From: a virus | IMG/VR virus record: IMGVR_UViG_3300031669_000014 | Span: 16,565 to 80,564 of that record | Direction: 5' to 3' (one strand) | Length of the DNA stretch: 64,000 bases | Shown: positions 9,439-17,559 of the stretch, piece by piece | How the letters are laid out: each line of letters opens with the position of its first letter | Position numbering within the stretch: the first letter of the stretch is position 1 | Notes under the pieces: model-generated | The model's input: only the letters and a program-made list of their open reading frames with translations | Told to the model about the DNA's origin: nothing | The model's database searches: none | Made by a program: the position numbers and the translations under genes

Positions 9439-9806
9439 ACATCGGCCTCCTTTTTATTCTCCATCAGCCAAATTAAAGCGGCTGCAGTTGCGCCCTCGGG
9501 GGTGTCTGCAAAAAAGTATTTAGCGCCGCAACCTATTCCACACAACCAACCGCCGCCCGAACGACTTGCTATTTGTACCAATTCATCCCGCTTTTCAATT
9601 TCAGCCAGGAGTTGCGAGAGAGAAGGGGCAAAAATACATTCTGCGGTAGGTTTTGGATCTGTCCACCTATTCAGTAATACTTTGCTAGGTGTAGGGCACC
9701 CAATAACCACCTGATCAACAGTCCAAAGATAAACCATATCGCCAACTTCCGGATACCACACCAGCCCCGCTGATTTTAATTCTTTTGCTTTATTGAGAGA
9801 CAGCAC
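9435..9806 (-). CDS. Hypothetical phage protein, paralog of 9001-9438
   Basis: GTG start after GGAGGAGG RBS; shared motifs. Confidence 0.7.
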   Translation of the reverse strand: MLSLNKAKELKSAGLVWYPEVGDMVYLWTVDQVVIGCPTPSKVLLNRWTDPKPTAECIFAPSLSQLLAEIEKRDELVQIASRSGGGWLCGIGCGAKYFFADTPEGATAAALIWLMENKKEADV

Positions 9807-10029
9807 GGCTTTTTCCTCCTCCCTGTTGTTTAAATTCCTTTTCTGCCCTGTCGTAATTAGGATTCCATCTGCATCCATCATTGGAATATAATTTAACGGT
9901 GTGGCCACACTTTTTGCACCTAAACATGCTGACATTAGCGCTTTCTTGGTCTAAGCAGTATGTATCTCTTTCCCACTCATGATTAAAACAGAACAAAGAA
10001 CCCAAAATAGACTTAAAAAAGTTAATCAA
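9790..10029 (-). CDS. Small Cys/His phage protein
   Basis: LFCFNHEW...CKKCG; homolog at 52517-52747. Confidence 0.6.
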   Translation of the reverse strand: MINFFKSILGSLFCFNHEWERDTYCLDQESANVSMFRCKKCGHTVKLYSNDGCRWNPNYDRAEKEFKQQGGGKSRAVSQ

Positions 10030-10178
10030 AGTAGTATCCCCTTCGCACCGAGTCTACTTTTTACTGGTGCCCATCTTGGTACTCATTTTCGTATATTTGG
10101 CGCATAATCAACGAATTTGGTTAATTTCGGCTATTTTTAATGAGCCCCGCCACCCGCGAAGATGGCGGGGCTTGCTAT

Positions 10179-10562
10179 TTAAGACGCTTTCTTATTCAGG
10201 TAGTCAGCCACGGAAGCAATATTGTCGAAAGTTTGTCCGCCGTTCCTAACCACCATTGCTGCCACTGCGCCAAGTGATTTAATTTGTGCTTTATCAAACC
10301 CATCCGGCAGGACGCAAAACAGTGTTTTATCTGGCCGCTTATTGCTGTCATCCACCACTTCTGCGATTGAATAAACACCAGTCATTTCCTTGGAAATGGT
10401 GTAAAGAACGAGGTCGCACTCTTGCCGCTGCTTAATTTCCTCTGTCATACATTCCGGCGTCCAATCCGAGACAACGGGGTTGTAATAGTCAATTAGCAAC
10501 AAAGTAATTAGTTCTTCGCGCCAGGTGCTTTCGTTGCAGGTTCCACCTAAGAACACTTTCAT
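10179..10562 (-). CDS. Nucleoside 2-deoxyribosyltransferase-like protein
   Basis: KVFLGGTC..STWR, YNPVV.DW and YSIAE motifs. Confidence 0.75.
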   Translation of the reverse strand: MKVFLGGTCNESTWREELITLLLIDYYNPVVSDWTPECMTEEIKQRQECDLVLYTISKEMTGVYSIAEVVDDSNKRPDKTLFCVLPDGFDKAQIKSLGAVAAMVVRNGGQTFDNIASVADYLNKKAS

Positions 10563-10883
10563 AATTCATCCCCCTGTTTTTTATTAGCCCCGCCAGCTAC
10601 TACCCCGACGGGGCCGACATATACACCTAATCACAACTGATAACGTAAGCTGGGATTCACCTCGCTTTCGTTTTAGTTTTTGCCTGTGTCACAAGTTGTG
10701 GGACCTGTGATTTCACACCGAACAGTTGGCGTTGGCATCACCTCTCGTTCCATTTTTCATCCCAAACCCTTCTCCCCTTCGGCTGTTTCCGCATTTTCTT
10801 CCACTACTGCGTCTGGATCGATTCCGTTGAATACAAAAAACATTGGTTCAAGCGCCATCCCAGCGGCTTTTTCATGTGCTTCT

Positions 10884-11132
10884 CTATTGGTCAAATTCAT
10901 GCACCATCTTTCTTCTCGGCTGTTTCCGCGTCTTCTTCCGCTTCCCCATCGGCTCCACTCGGTTCATCTGCACAATCGTCGGCGCCGGCTTCGGGGCCGG
11001 GGTATACTCGCGCTCCGGCACTATCCGCATCACAGGCGGTTGTATCGGCTCGCCCAGCTTGCGCCACTGCCGGAAGCCACAGACTGCGGCGACACTGAGG
11101 AGGATTGCGCCGGCGGTGTAGATGATGGTCAT
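10884..11132 (-). CDS. Small membrane-anchored basic protein
   Basis: Homolog at 53323-53649. Confidence 0.55.
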   Translation of the reverse strand: MTIIYTAGAILLSVAAVCGFRQWRKLGEPIQPPVMRIVPEREYTPAPKPAPTIVQMNRVEPMGKRKKTRKQPRRKMVHEFDQ

Positions 11133-11431
11133 GGCGTGGCCTCCCTGCAAGTAAACTCACACTCAATATATTTTTGTATCTTAATGCCGCTACTTTCTAG
11201 TGGTATCCAACTGTCAGTATTAAGTCCTGTTTCAGTAAAAACGATGTCTACTAACCTAATGTTTTTAATATCAGTTTCTTTTATTTTAGCTCTGGTAGCA
11301 TATAAAACTTCACTAACGATTCTTTTTCTAAGTTTTCCATGGTCAATAAGTTTAATGCTGTCATAGTAACCTTTTGTTGCTAGATACGCCTTATCCATTT
11401 CATCGTTAAAAAGTATATCAGGTAAATTCAC
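11129..11431 (-). CDS. Hypothetical protein
   Basis: Homolog at 53646-53948. Confidence 0.7.
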   Translation of the reverse strand: MNLPDILFNDEMDKAYLATKGYYDSIKLIDHGKLRKRIVSEVLYATRAKIKETDIKNIRLVDIVFTETGLNTDSWIPLESSGIKIQKYIECEFTCREATP

Positions 11432-11452
11432 GGCGTCGCCCTCCTCTCTCGC

Positions 11453-11836
11453 TTACTTTTTAACCAATCCGATAATATCCATAAAGGCGTAGTATTCTGG
11501 GTTAACAAGGTGTTTAATCGATGAAGTTAAAAGAAGTGGAATAAATATTATCGCCACGATTGCAACTGTGATTGTTAGTATGCCAAAAACTTCATTGTTT
11601 ACCTGGGAAGAAGTACTCCCTCCTTTTTCTTCCTCTTTTGCTTTTTTAAAGAAGTGCGGAGTTTGTTTTATTGACACAAACAATACAATCGATAAAAATA
11701 ATGTCAATATTAAATCTGTGATTCCGTTTGTAATTGCCTGCCTAATCATCACACCCCACAAATTATCCACCGTTACACCAATTTTTTGTGCCAAATGGTC
11801 TAAAAGTGGCGCGATTGATGTAAAATCAACATTCAT
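11453..11836 (-). CDS. Two-TM membrane protein
   Basis: Two hydrophobic helices and NPEYYA motif; absent from phage B. Confidence 0.7.
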   Translation of the reverse strand: MNVDFTSIAPLLDHLAQKIGVTVDNLWGVMIRQAITNGITDLILTLFLSIVLFVSIKQTPHFFKKAKEEEKGGSTSSQVNNEVFGILTITVAIVAIIFIPLLLTSSIKHLVNPEYYAFMDIIGLVKK

Positions 11837-11838
11837 TT

Positions 11839-12102
11839 TTATTCAGCCTCCATATTTATCAAATTCCTACGCTCGACCACCCGTAGGCGATGCTCCAAGT
11901 CCTGGCGAATTAGCTCCTCGTTGGTTAGTTTAATTTGAAGGATCTGAGAATCGGCGCGAAGGGTTTGGACTTCGGCCTGGAGTTGCTGGATAGTAGCCGG
12001 GTTAGCGGCAAAATACACCAACCCGTTCCAAATGATACCGTAAGCTATTCCGGCTGATATTACTAACGTCAAGAGTCCATAAAGTAGTTTATTCACGCTC
12101 AC
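11839..12102 (-). CDS. TM plus coiled-coil protein
   Basis: TIQQLQAEVQ shared with 53945-54184. Confidence 0.6.
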   Translation of the reverse strand: MSVNKLLYGLLTLVISAGIAYGIIWNGLVYFAANPATIQQLQAEVQTLRADSQILQIKLTNEELIRQDLEHRLRVVERRNLINMEAE

Positions 12103-12509
12103 GCCTCCCTAACGCTGATTTCCACCCTTGGCGTCTCACCATACCATTTACAGGCAACTAGATTGACAACTAACGAATCATCCCGCCAGATAACGCCTTT
12201 CAGCGCGTCCTTGACGCCCTTAACGATGTTGTCAATATCCGGCTTTGTCGTGGGCCTAATTTCCCCGATCATGGCCTGGTCCGCCTTCTTTTTACTCATC
12301 GATTTCGGGATGGACCGGTAAGCCTTAATTGTGACCGAAAGTGGCATATCCAAAGGCTTTTCCGGGCGGACCTCCAGGGCTGCGGCCAACACGCGGCTTT
12401 TGTAATCCTTGGATTCCGCTGGGTCATAAGTTTTAACAAAGTTACCCATTCTGGCAAATCTTGGCCGTCCTTGCGCGACAGGTTCCCCGAAAACAGTGAA
12501 TTGTATCAC
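12099..12509 (-). CDS. rusA: RusA-family Holliday junction resolvase
   Basis: GEPVAQGRPR and KPDIDNIVKGVKDAL..VIWRDD motifs. Confidence 0.92.
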   Translation of the reverse strand: MIQFTVFGEPVAQGRPRFARMGNFVKTYDPAESKDYKSRVLAAALEVRPEKPLDMPLSVTIKAYRSIPKSMSKKKADQAMIGEIRPTTKPDIDNIVKGVKDALKGVIWRDDSLVVNLVACKWYGETPRVEISVREA

Positions 12510-12941
12510 CTCTATCCCTCCCCCGGCGTATCGTTTAAATACCTTACCCAGCAGTCAAAACAGTTGTCGGTAGTATTGCAAAGCGCCTTTGGATATGGGC
12601 AACATTGGCAACCTCTTGGCGCAAGCAGATTGGCGATCCGCTCACGCTCGGCTTTCGCGCCCTCGATATATGTCTGCTTAATTATTACTTTGATAAGCCT
12701 GTCAGGTTCCCACTCGCTTAACTCTTTATGGCATAGTTTCAATTCTAAGCCTCCCTTTTTCCTAGCAGGTAACTTTATCTTACCTAACGGGTTAACTAGC
12801 CGCAACGGGCATCCTGTGGCCTCCTACGGGCATCCTTGCGCTTCGGATGCAGTCTCCTATGTAGCCCTCCATCGGGATACTCACCCAAAGCACACTTCCA
12901 GCAAAACAGATCCCCGGTTCTAGCCGGGTGCTTGCGGCAAA

Positions 12942-13253
12942 TCAGACAGAACATCCAAACCATCCTCCTTCGCGGTCGCTGATCTTATTCTGCCGCCTCT
13001 GATCCATCACCAGCAGGCTGACCTCATCCTCATCCCTGCGAAGGTGCGCCGCTATTCCCGGGCCTGGCGTACCCGATTTCCAAAGTTCTCTAAAATCCCG
13101 TATCTGCACCGGCGTCCAGCAAAAGTCGATATCTTCCAGGATAATCACCGTTTCACCCTGGGGTGCTACGGCTCCCACGGGACGACCTACCTTGCCGGTG
13201 TATGGCTTAGTTGTGGGGATGTTGTGTTTGTGTAACGTGCGATGGGATTGCAT
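12942..13253 (-). CDS. HTH/Myb-like phage protein
   Basis: W....FRELWKSG....IAAHLRR; homolog at 54987-55316. Confidence 0.6.
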   Translation of the reverse strand: MQSHRTLHKHNIPTTKPYTGKVGRPVGAVAPQGETVIILEDIDFCWTPVQIRDFRELWKSGTPGPGIAAHLRRDEDEVSLLVMDQRRQNKISDREGGWFGCSV

Positions 13254-16011
13254 TGGTGGTCACCTCCGGGAAATGTTTCTGCGATACTCTAATGCAAAAC
13301 AACTCAATCTCACTCGCCCACAGAGTTTTTATTCCTGCTCGTTGACCAGCCAGCGGGAAGCCGGCCAGCCCATCAAATAAACTGCCAAGCGTTTTCAGCC
13401 CCAGAACTTCGGTTATCCTCCGCATTATCCACTCGACACATGGTATCGCCAACCCGTTTCCGATTGCTTTATACTTTGCTGTATCCGATGCCCCAGGGAT
13501 GTTAGTCCATCCGTCTGGAAGTCCCTGGAGGCGTTCTGCCTCAAGGGGAGTTAATCTACGGACTGCATAACCGGTAAATACTGGTTTACTTTGACCATCA
13601 TCGGATCTCCGTACTTCTTGAACCTCTGATAATGCTTGTCGCAAAATCCGTATCCCTTTACTAGCTTCCCGCATATTAAGCAAAATTTCTTCTGACTGTG
13701 CTTTAAGTTGTGGCAACTCCGGCAAAGTCTCTCTAAATTCTCCGGTTCGTTGTTTGTCCAATCCTCGTCCTTGTGGTGAACATCCAGCGCATTCGGCTTG
13801 CCACACTCCGAACAGGGACCGGGGGGAATCAATTTCTGCGATCTGCCGTGGTTTGTCCTCCAGTTGTCCGTTTCTATCTTCGGCTTGTTTCTGAACCCTT
13901 CGGCCATACAATTTTGATTGCAATACTTCCTCTTGTTGAAGTGAAGCAAGGATTCCATGTCCCCATTTGGAAAACGCTTCCTCTCCAATTTCTTTCCGCA
14001 GTGCTCGCAATATCTCAATGGTGTTTCTTTCATCGGCATTACCATCAATTTCACTCCCTTTTGGTTCAATAACAATATTGTCAGTGTCGCCCCGATGTGA
14101 CATATTTGCCTTGGCTAAAAGCGTGTTGGCCGGGGCAGGATAAGCCACCGCTTGTCCTCCAGCCAAATCAAGAGTATAAGCAACTTCTTCGCATATCCCT
14201 AACCCATTCGATCCGGTCTGGTCAGTCTTGCATACATAGGTTGGTTGAGCAACAAACGTCTGCTGTTTCATCCCCGGTTCTGCCGCCAATGCCCCGGCTT
14301 TACCTTTTAAATCTCTTACCTCGTCGCGCTGGTTTTGGGCAAAGACTATAGGTTCCACAACATACGTCGTACTACTTGGCTTATCTGCCTTGCTTGCCTG
14401 TGACCGCAGGGTGTGGGTTATTTCATGTTGGCCACCAGGACCGTAAGCCACAGGTATCAATGTTTCCGTCTCCGGGTCATATCGCCGACCGGTCCCGGTC
14501 GTTACGCACTGGGCAACGGCGTGAGCAGCACCCCGGCTATCAAGCGTAAACATCTTGCCATCATCCCTAAAACCCGGCCCTTGCGCCCCAGCTTCGTCCT
14601 TGCGCCCAATAATGCTGTGTTGAATAGCTATACACTGCGTCGCTCGATCAGTGTCCAAAGCACCTATTACGGGTCCGTTTACGTGGTCTTGGCGACCGTT
14701 AAAGGCGATTGGCAGCAGATACAATCCTGTTTTTGCCCCGCCTCCACCACCACCAGCTTTCAAAGTTACGCTTTTCCTGGCATTTATTGTTATACGGTCT
14801 GATGTTTGGTCAAGGTTGACTGTTGTTTCAACGCCATCTCCAACACAGGCGGCAACTTCTTCCCTCGCTTTTCGGCCCTCCGGAGAATCCCCTGACAGGC
14901 TTTGCTCGACAAAAAGTATTTCTCCGGCACATTCGCCTCCAAAATGTCGCTCAAGTTGCTCTGTACAGTTGGATGCTCTATCGAGATAATCATTCCAACG
15001 CTGAACCCATTCCAGTTCTGTAAACAAGTTGCTGCTTGACTGTCTCGCATAGTTCATACACTCCTTTGTCACGGTTAAAAGTAACGATTCCGAGTTGTAG
15101 AAGTCCTGGTAAGAGTTGCTCAACTGAACGATGAGCTCTGCCATGCTCAGACCTAGAAGTGAACAGGTGTAAATTGTCAATTGTGTCGTGTTGCTTATCA
15201 GTGTCGATGTGGTGGACGAGTTCGCCAGGCTGTAGGCTTCTTCCCAAATGTTCTTCCATAACTTCAATATGTCTGAATATCTCTTTTCGTTTGCCGTTCT
15301 TGTCTGGTGGTCTTCTAATTGCATATCCCTTTGTAAATCTATAATCAACGTGCCTAAATGGGACTCCAAGCTTTTGTGCTCTATCAGAAGTATCGTTAAT
15401 GTCTCTGCCAAGTTCTCCAGCAATATCAACCAGTTTTCTTCCGTTTTTATTCCGAATAACCTCATCCTCCGCAGTAGTCCATCTTTTGCATCTTTTTTTA
15501 GGGGATAGTCCGATTTTAACAGCTCGATGCCTGACGCTCGTAATTGTTCTACCAAGACGTATTGCAATATCTCGATGATTAGTTGAGTAATAATGCTCAC
15601 GGATATAATCGTCTTGTTCTGGAGTATATAATTTACGCTTACCCATACTGCAAAAATCCTCCTTCTGCGCTGCGGAACCCCCATATTCTGAGCATCCAAA
15701 ACAGTCATATCAACTACAAAACCAAGTTCCTCCATGGAATCCAATACCGACTCAATATCTTTACTGCCATTACTCGAAAATGCCCCTGGAACATTTTCCC
15801 ATATGCAAACTTTTGGGTATTCTCCGTTGGTGGCTGATTGCATTTCATGGATTATCCTCACCGCCTCGTTAAAAAGTCCTGACCTTGCACCTTCCAGACC
15901 AGCACGTTTACCGGCCACACTCAAGTCCTGGCAGGGTGAGCCGAAGGTTATTATGTCAACGGGGGCTATTCTGCCGCCGTGGATGTCGGTTACACTGCCA
16001 AGGTGCTTCAA
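13207..16011 (-). CDS. C5 cytosine DNA methyltransferase, circularly permuted, with two large insertions
   Basis: Motifs IV (GSPCQ), VI (ENV), VIII (QRRRR), IX (RRLTPLEAERLQG) and X (GNG), then motif I (SLFDGLAG) at the C-terminus. Confidence 0.92.
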   Translation of the reverse strand: MKHLGSVTDIHGGRIAPVDIITFGSPCQDLSVAGKRAGLEGARSGLFNEAVRIIHEMQSATNGEYPKVCIWENVPGAFSSNGSKDIESVLDSMEELGFVVDMTVLDAQNMGVPQRRRRIFAVWVSVNYILQNKTIISVSIITQLIIEILQYVLVEQLRASGIELLKSDYPLKKDAKDGLLRRMRLFGIKTEENWLILLENLAETLTILLIEHKSLESHLGTLIIDLQRDMQLEDHQTRTANEKRYSDILKLWKNIWEEAYSLANSSTTSTLISNTTQLTIYTCSLLGLSMAELIVQLSNSYQDFYNSESLLLTVTKECMNYARQSSSNLFTELEWVQRWNDYLDRASNCTEQLERHFGGECAGEILFVEQSLSGDSPEGRKAREEVAACVGDGVETTVNLDQTSDRITINARKSVTLKAGGGGGGAKTGLYLLPIAFNGRQDHVNGPVIGALDTDRATQCIAIQHSIIGRKDEAGAQGPGFRDDGKMFTLDSRGAAHAVAQCVTTGTGRRYDPETETLIPVAYGPGGQHEITHTLRSQASKADKPSSTTYVVEPIVFAQNQRDEVRDLKGKAGALAAEPGMKQQTFVAQPTYVCKTDQTGSNGLGICEEVAYTLDLAGGQAVAYPAPANTLLAKANMSHRGDTDNIVIEPKGSEIDGNADERNTIEILRALRKEIGEEAFSKWGHGILASLQQEEVLQSKLYGRRVQKQAEDRNGQLEDKPRQIAEIDSPRSLFGVWQAECAGCSPQGRGLDKQRTGEFRETLPELPQLKAQSEEILLNMREASKGIRILRQALSEVQEVRRSDDGQSKPVFTGYAVRRLTPLEAERLQGLPDGWTNIPGASDTAKYKAIGNGLAIPCVEWIMRRITEVLGLKTLGSLFDGLAGFPLAGQRAGIKTLWASEIELFCIRVSQKHFPEVTTNAIPSHVTQTQHPHN
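13551..14045 (-). CDS. HNH endonuclease nested out of frame in the MTase gene
   Basis: CSECG..DVHHKDEDWTNNEPENLERLCRSCH; GGGAGTG RBS before ATG 14045. Confidence 0.85.
   Translation of the reverse strand: MVMPMKETPLRYCEHCGKKLERKRFPNGDMESLLHFNKRKYCNQNCMAEGFRNKPKIETDNWRTNHGRSQKLIPPGPCSECGKPNALDVHHKDEDWTNNEPENLERLCRSCHNLKHSQKKFCLICGKLVKGYGFCDKHYQRFKKYGDPMMVKVNQYLPVMQSVD
14790..15050 (-). CDS. Alternative-frame MTase beta-polypeptide-like protein
   Basis: LSDILEANVPEKYFLSSKACQGILRRAEKRGKKLP resembles the M.EcoHK31I beta-type alternative-frame product; AAAGGAG RBS. Confidence 0.7.
   Translation of the reverse strand: MRDSQAATCLQNWNGFSVGMIISIEHPTVQSNLSDILEANVPEKYFLSSKACQGILRRAEKRGKKLPPVLEMALKQQSTLTKHQTV
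14990..15646 (-). CDS. HNH endonuclease with N-terminal Myb/HTH-like repeats, nested out of frame in the MTase gene
   Basis: RHIEVMEEHLGRSL...ELVHHIDTDKQHDTIDNL...SEH; AAGGAGG RBS. Confidence 0.85.
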   Translation of the reverse strand: MGKRKLYTPEQDDYIREHYYSTNHRDIAIRLGRTITSVRHRAVKIGLSPKKRCKRWTTAEDEVIRNKNGRKLVDIAGELGRDINDTSDRAQKLGVPFRHVDYRFTKGYAIRRPPDKNGKRKEIFRHIEVMEEHLGRSLQPGELVHHIDTDKQHDTIDNLHLFTSRSEHGRAHRSVEQLLPGLLQLGIVTFNRDKGVYELCETVKQQLVYRTGMGSALE

Positions 16012-16026
16012 CGGTGATCACCTCGC

Positions 16027-16464
16027 CTAAAAGTTAACATCAATCTTTTCCCCTTGCAGGATCCGCCGGTCTGTCTGCGTCGCCCAGCTCGGGGCCATCG
16101 GCCAGCCGTTTAATCTGTCGCCTGCCTTACACGGGCACCGGCAGTAGCGATCTTCCCCTTCCTGTAAAACTGTGATATAACCCCCGCCGCCACAAACGGA
16201 GCAACCCGTTTTTTTTAGTGGCTGAAAGGCTGTATTGCGCTGATCGTCCTTAATACTTTGTATTGCGCCCTGGATATCTGCAACCGTGGGGAAGAATTTT
16301 GCCGTGGCCAGCACCTTTTTAAGCGCTTCTTTAACCTGCGGATAAGGTAATTCCCCTAACATTTCTTCCCAAGTCATCCCAATTTGTACAAGTTCTTTAT
16401 TCTGGATACTTGGGAAACTTCCATAAGCTAGAGTTATTAAACTTTTAATCTCCTGTTTATTCAC
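16027..16464 (-). CDS. Helicase loader/inhibitor-like protein (G39P-like) with Zn finger
   Basis: W.EML.ELPY..V..AL..V....KFFPTVADI; directly after the initiator. Confidence 0.7.
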   Translation of the reverse strand: MNKQEIKSLITLAYGSFPSIQNKELVQIGMTWEEMLGELPYPQVKEALKKVLATAKFFPTVADIQGAIQSIKDDQRNTAFQPLKKTGCSVCGGGGYITVLQEGEDRYCRCPCKAGDRLNGWPMAPSWATQTDRRILQGEKIDVNF

Positions 16465-17227
16465 TGTTCGCCCACTCCTCTAAAGCCTGTCTTCCGGTTG
16501 ACCAACCTTCCTGGCTTTGTCCGCCCTCATGGTATTCATCCTCCCAACCTTTAGCATTTAGCCAGGTTGCCGGATGGGGAATCCATTTCCCATTTTCCTT
16601 TGTCCACCCCGCCGAAGTCTTGGCCCGCTTTAACGCATCAAGAATGACTGCTAGAAGCTGTTCGTCCGGTTTGATTTTATTCCATGCTTTTTCAGCCTGG
16701 CCCTTAGACTTTTTATTTGGATATGATTGCCAAAATTCGTCAAACATTTCTTGATGATTTATTTTTTCTTGCGCAAGTATTTTAAGATCTTTATTCTTTA
16801 CATTCTTTACATTCTTTACATTCTTGTTTGTGTTCATTTGTTGTTCATTTGCTGTTCGTTTGTTGTTCATTTGTTGTTCATTTTGTTGTTCAGGTTGGTC
16901 CCCTTCCCCCTGATAAAAAGCCCAATTCTCAATGGTTACAATAGAAAATTTGTTGTTCGGCTGGATGACCAATCTTTCACTCGATTCTAATTTTTTTACG
17001 TAACGATACAGTGACGAGGGATGTAGCTTTAATTCTGCCGCAGCCTTGTCTCTGCCGAAGACAAATTGCCCTGGTTTTAGGATAACTTTTTGAAGTCCAA
17101 CAAGTTGCTCATGCTCTTTATGACTGGCTTTAAGTAAACACCACACCCAAACTTTAAGGAGGTTCTCATTGTCAAATAACGGGTTGTCTAATAAACACCG
17201 GTGAAGCTTGATGTAGCCGCTTGCCAT
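16457..17227 (-). CDS. Phage replication initiator (replisome organizer)
   Basis: GYIKLHR N-terminus, internal repeats, FDEFW..YP.K and PHPATWLN C-terminal domain. Confidence 0.88.
   Translation of the reverse strand: MASGYIKLHRCLLDNPLFDNENLLKVWVWCLLKASHKEHEQLVGLQKVILKPGQFVFGRDKAAAELKLHPSSLYRYVKKLESSERLVIQPNNKFSIVTIENWAFYQGEGDQPEQQNEQQMNNKRTANEQQMNTNKNVKNVKNVKNKDLKILAQEKINHQEMFDEFWQSYPNKKSKGQAEKAWNKIKPDEQLLAVILDALKRAKTSAGWTKENGKWIPHPATWLNAKGWEDEYHEGGQSQEGWSTGRQALEEWANSE
16791..16892. repeat. Iteron-like repeats, putative lytic origin (phage A)
   Basis: Tandem ATTCTTTAC and repeated TTGTTGTTCAT units inside the initiator gene. Confidence 0.7.
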
Positions 17228-17559
17228 CCCCGCGCCTCCCGCTCATATCTGATCTCCCCACGCCGGCTATGCCGCCCTTACCCCCCGTGACTCTAAAACA
17301 AACTCAACTGGTCAAGATTCTTTGCCGCCATTGGATTCAGCCAACACTCCCCGCACGTCCGCCGGTGTAACTCCGTCTCTCTGCTCACGGTACACTTGGA
17401 GAGGCACCCCTCGCGGCGGACTTGGCAGCGGCAGGTTGGGTTTGTCACGCCTTCTCCCCCTCCTTCGGCGGCGGCACATCAGCTCCGCACTCTACACAGC
17501 GCCAGGTCCCCTCCGCATCTTCCGACCAGCGCTCTTCCCCGCATCCGGGGCAAATCCTT

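Noticed and set aside
10585-10725. Possible c-di-GMP-I riboswitch (GGCAAA...GAAA)
   Set aside because: Stems and downstream conserved nucleotides do not fit; A/B conservation is explained by general homology
13551-15646. Inteins or group I introns in the MTase
   Set aside because: No intein terminal residues or recognisable intron core; the MTase frame is continuous and the nucleases are out of frame (splicing not formally excluded)
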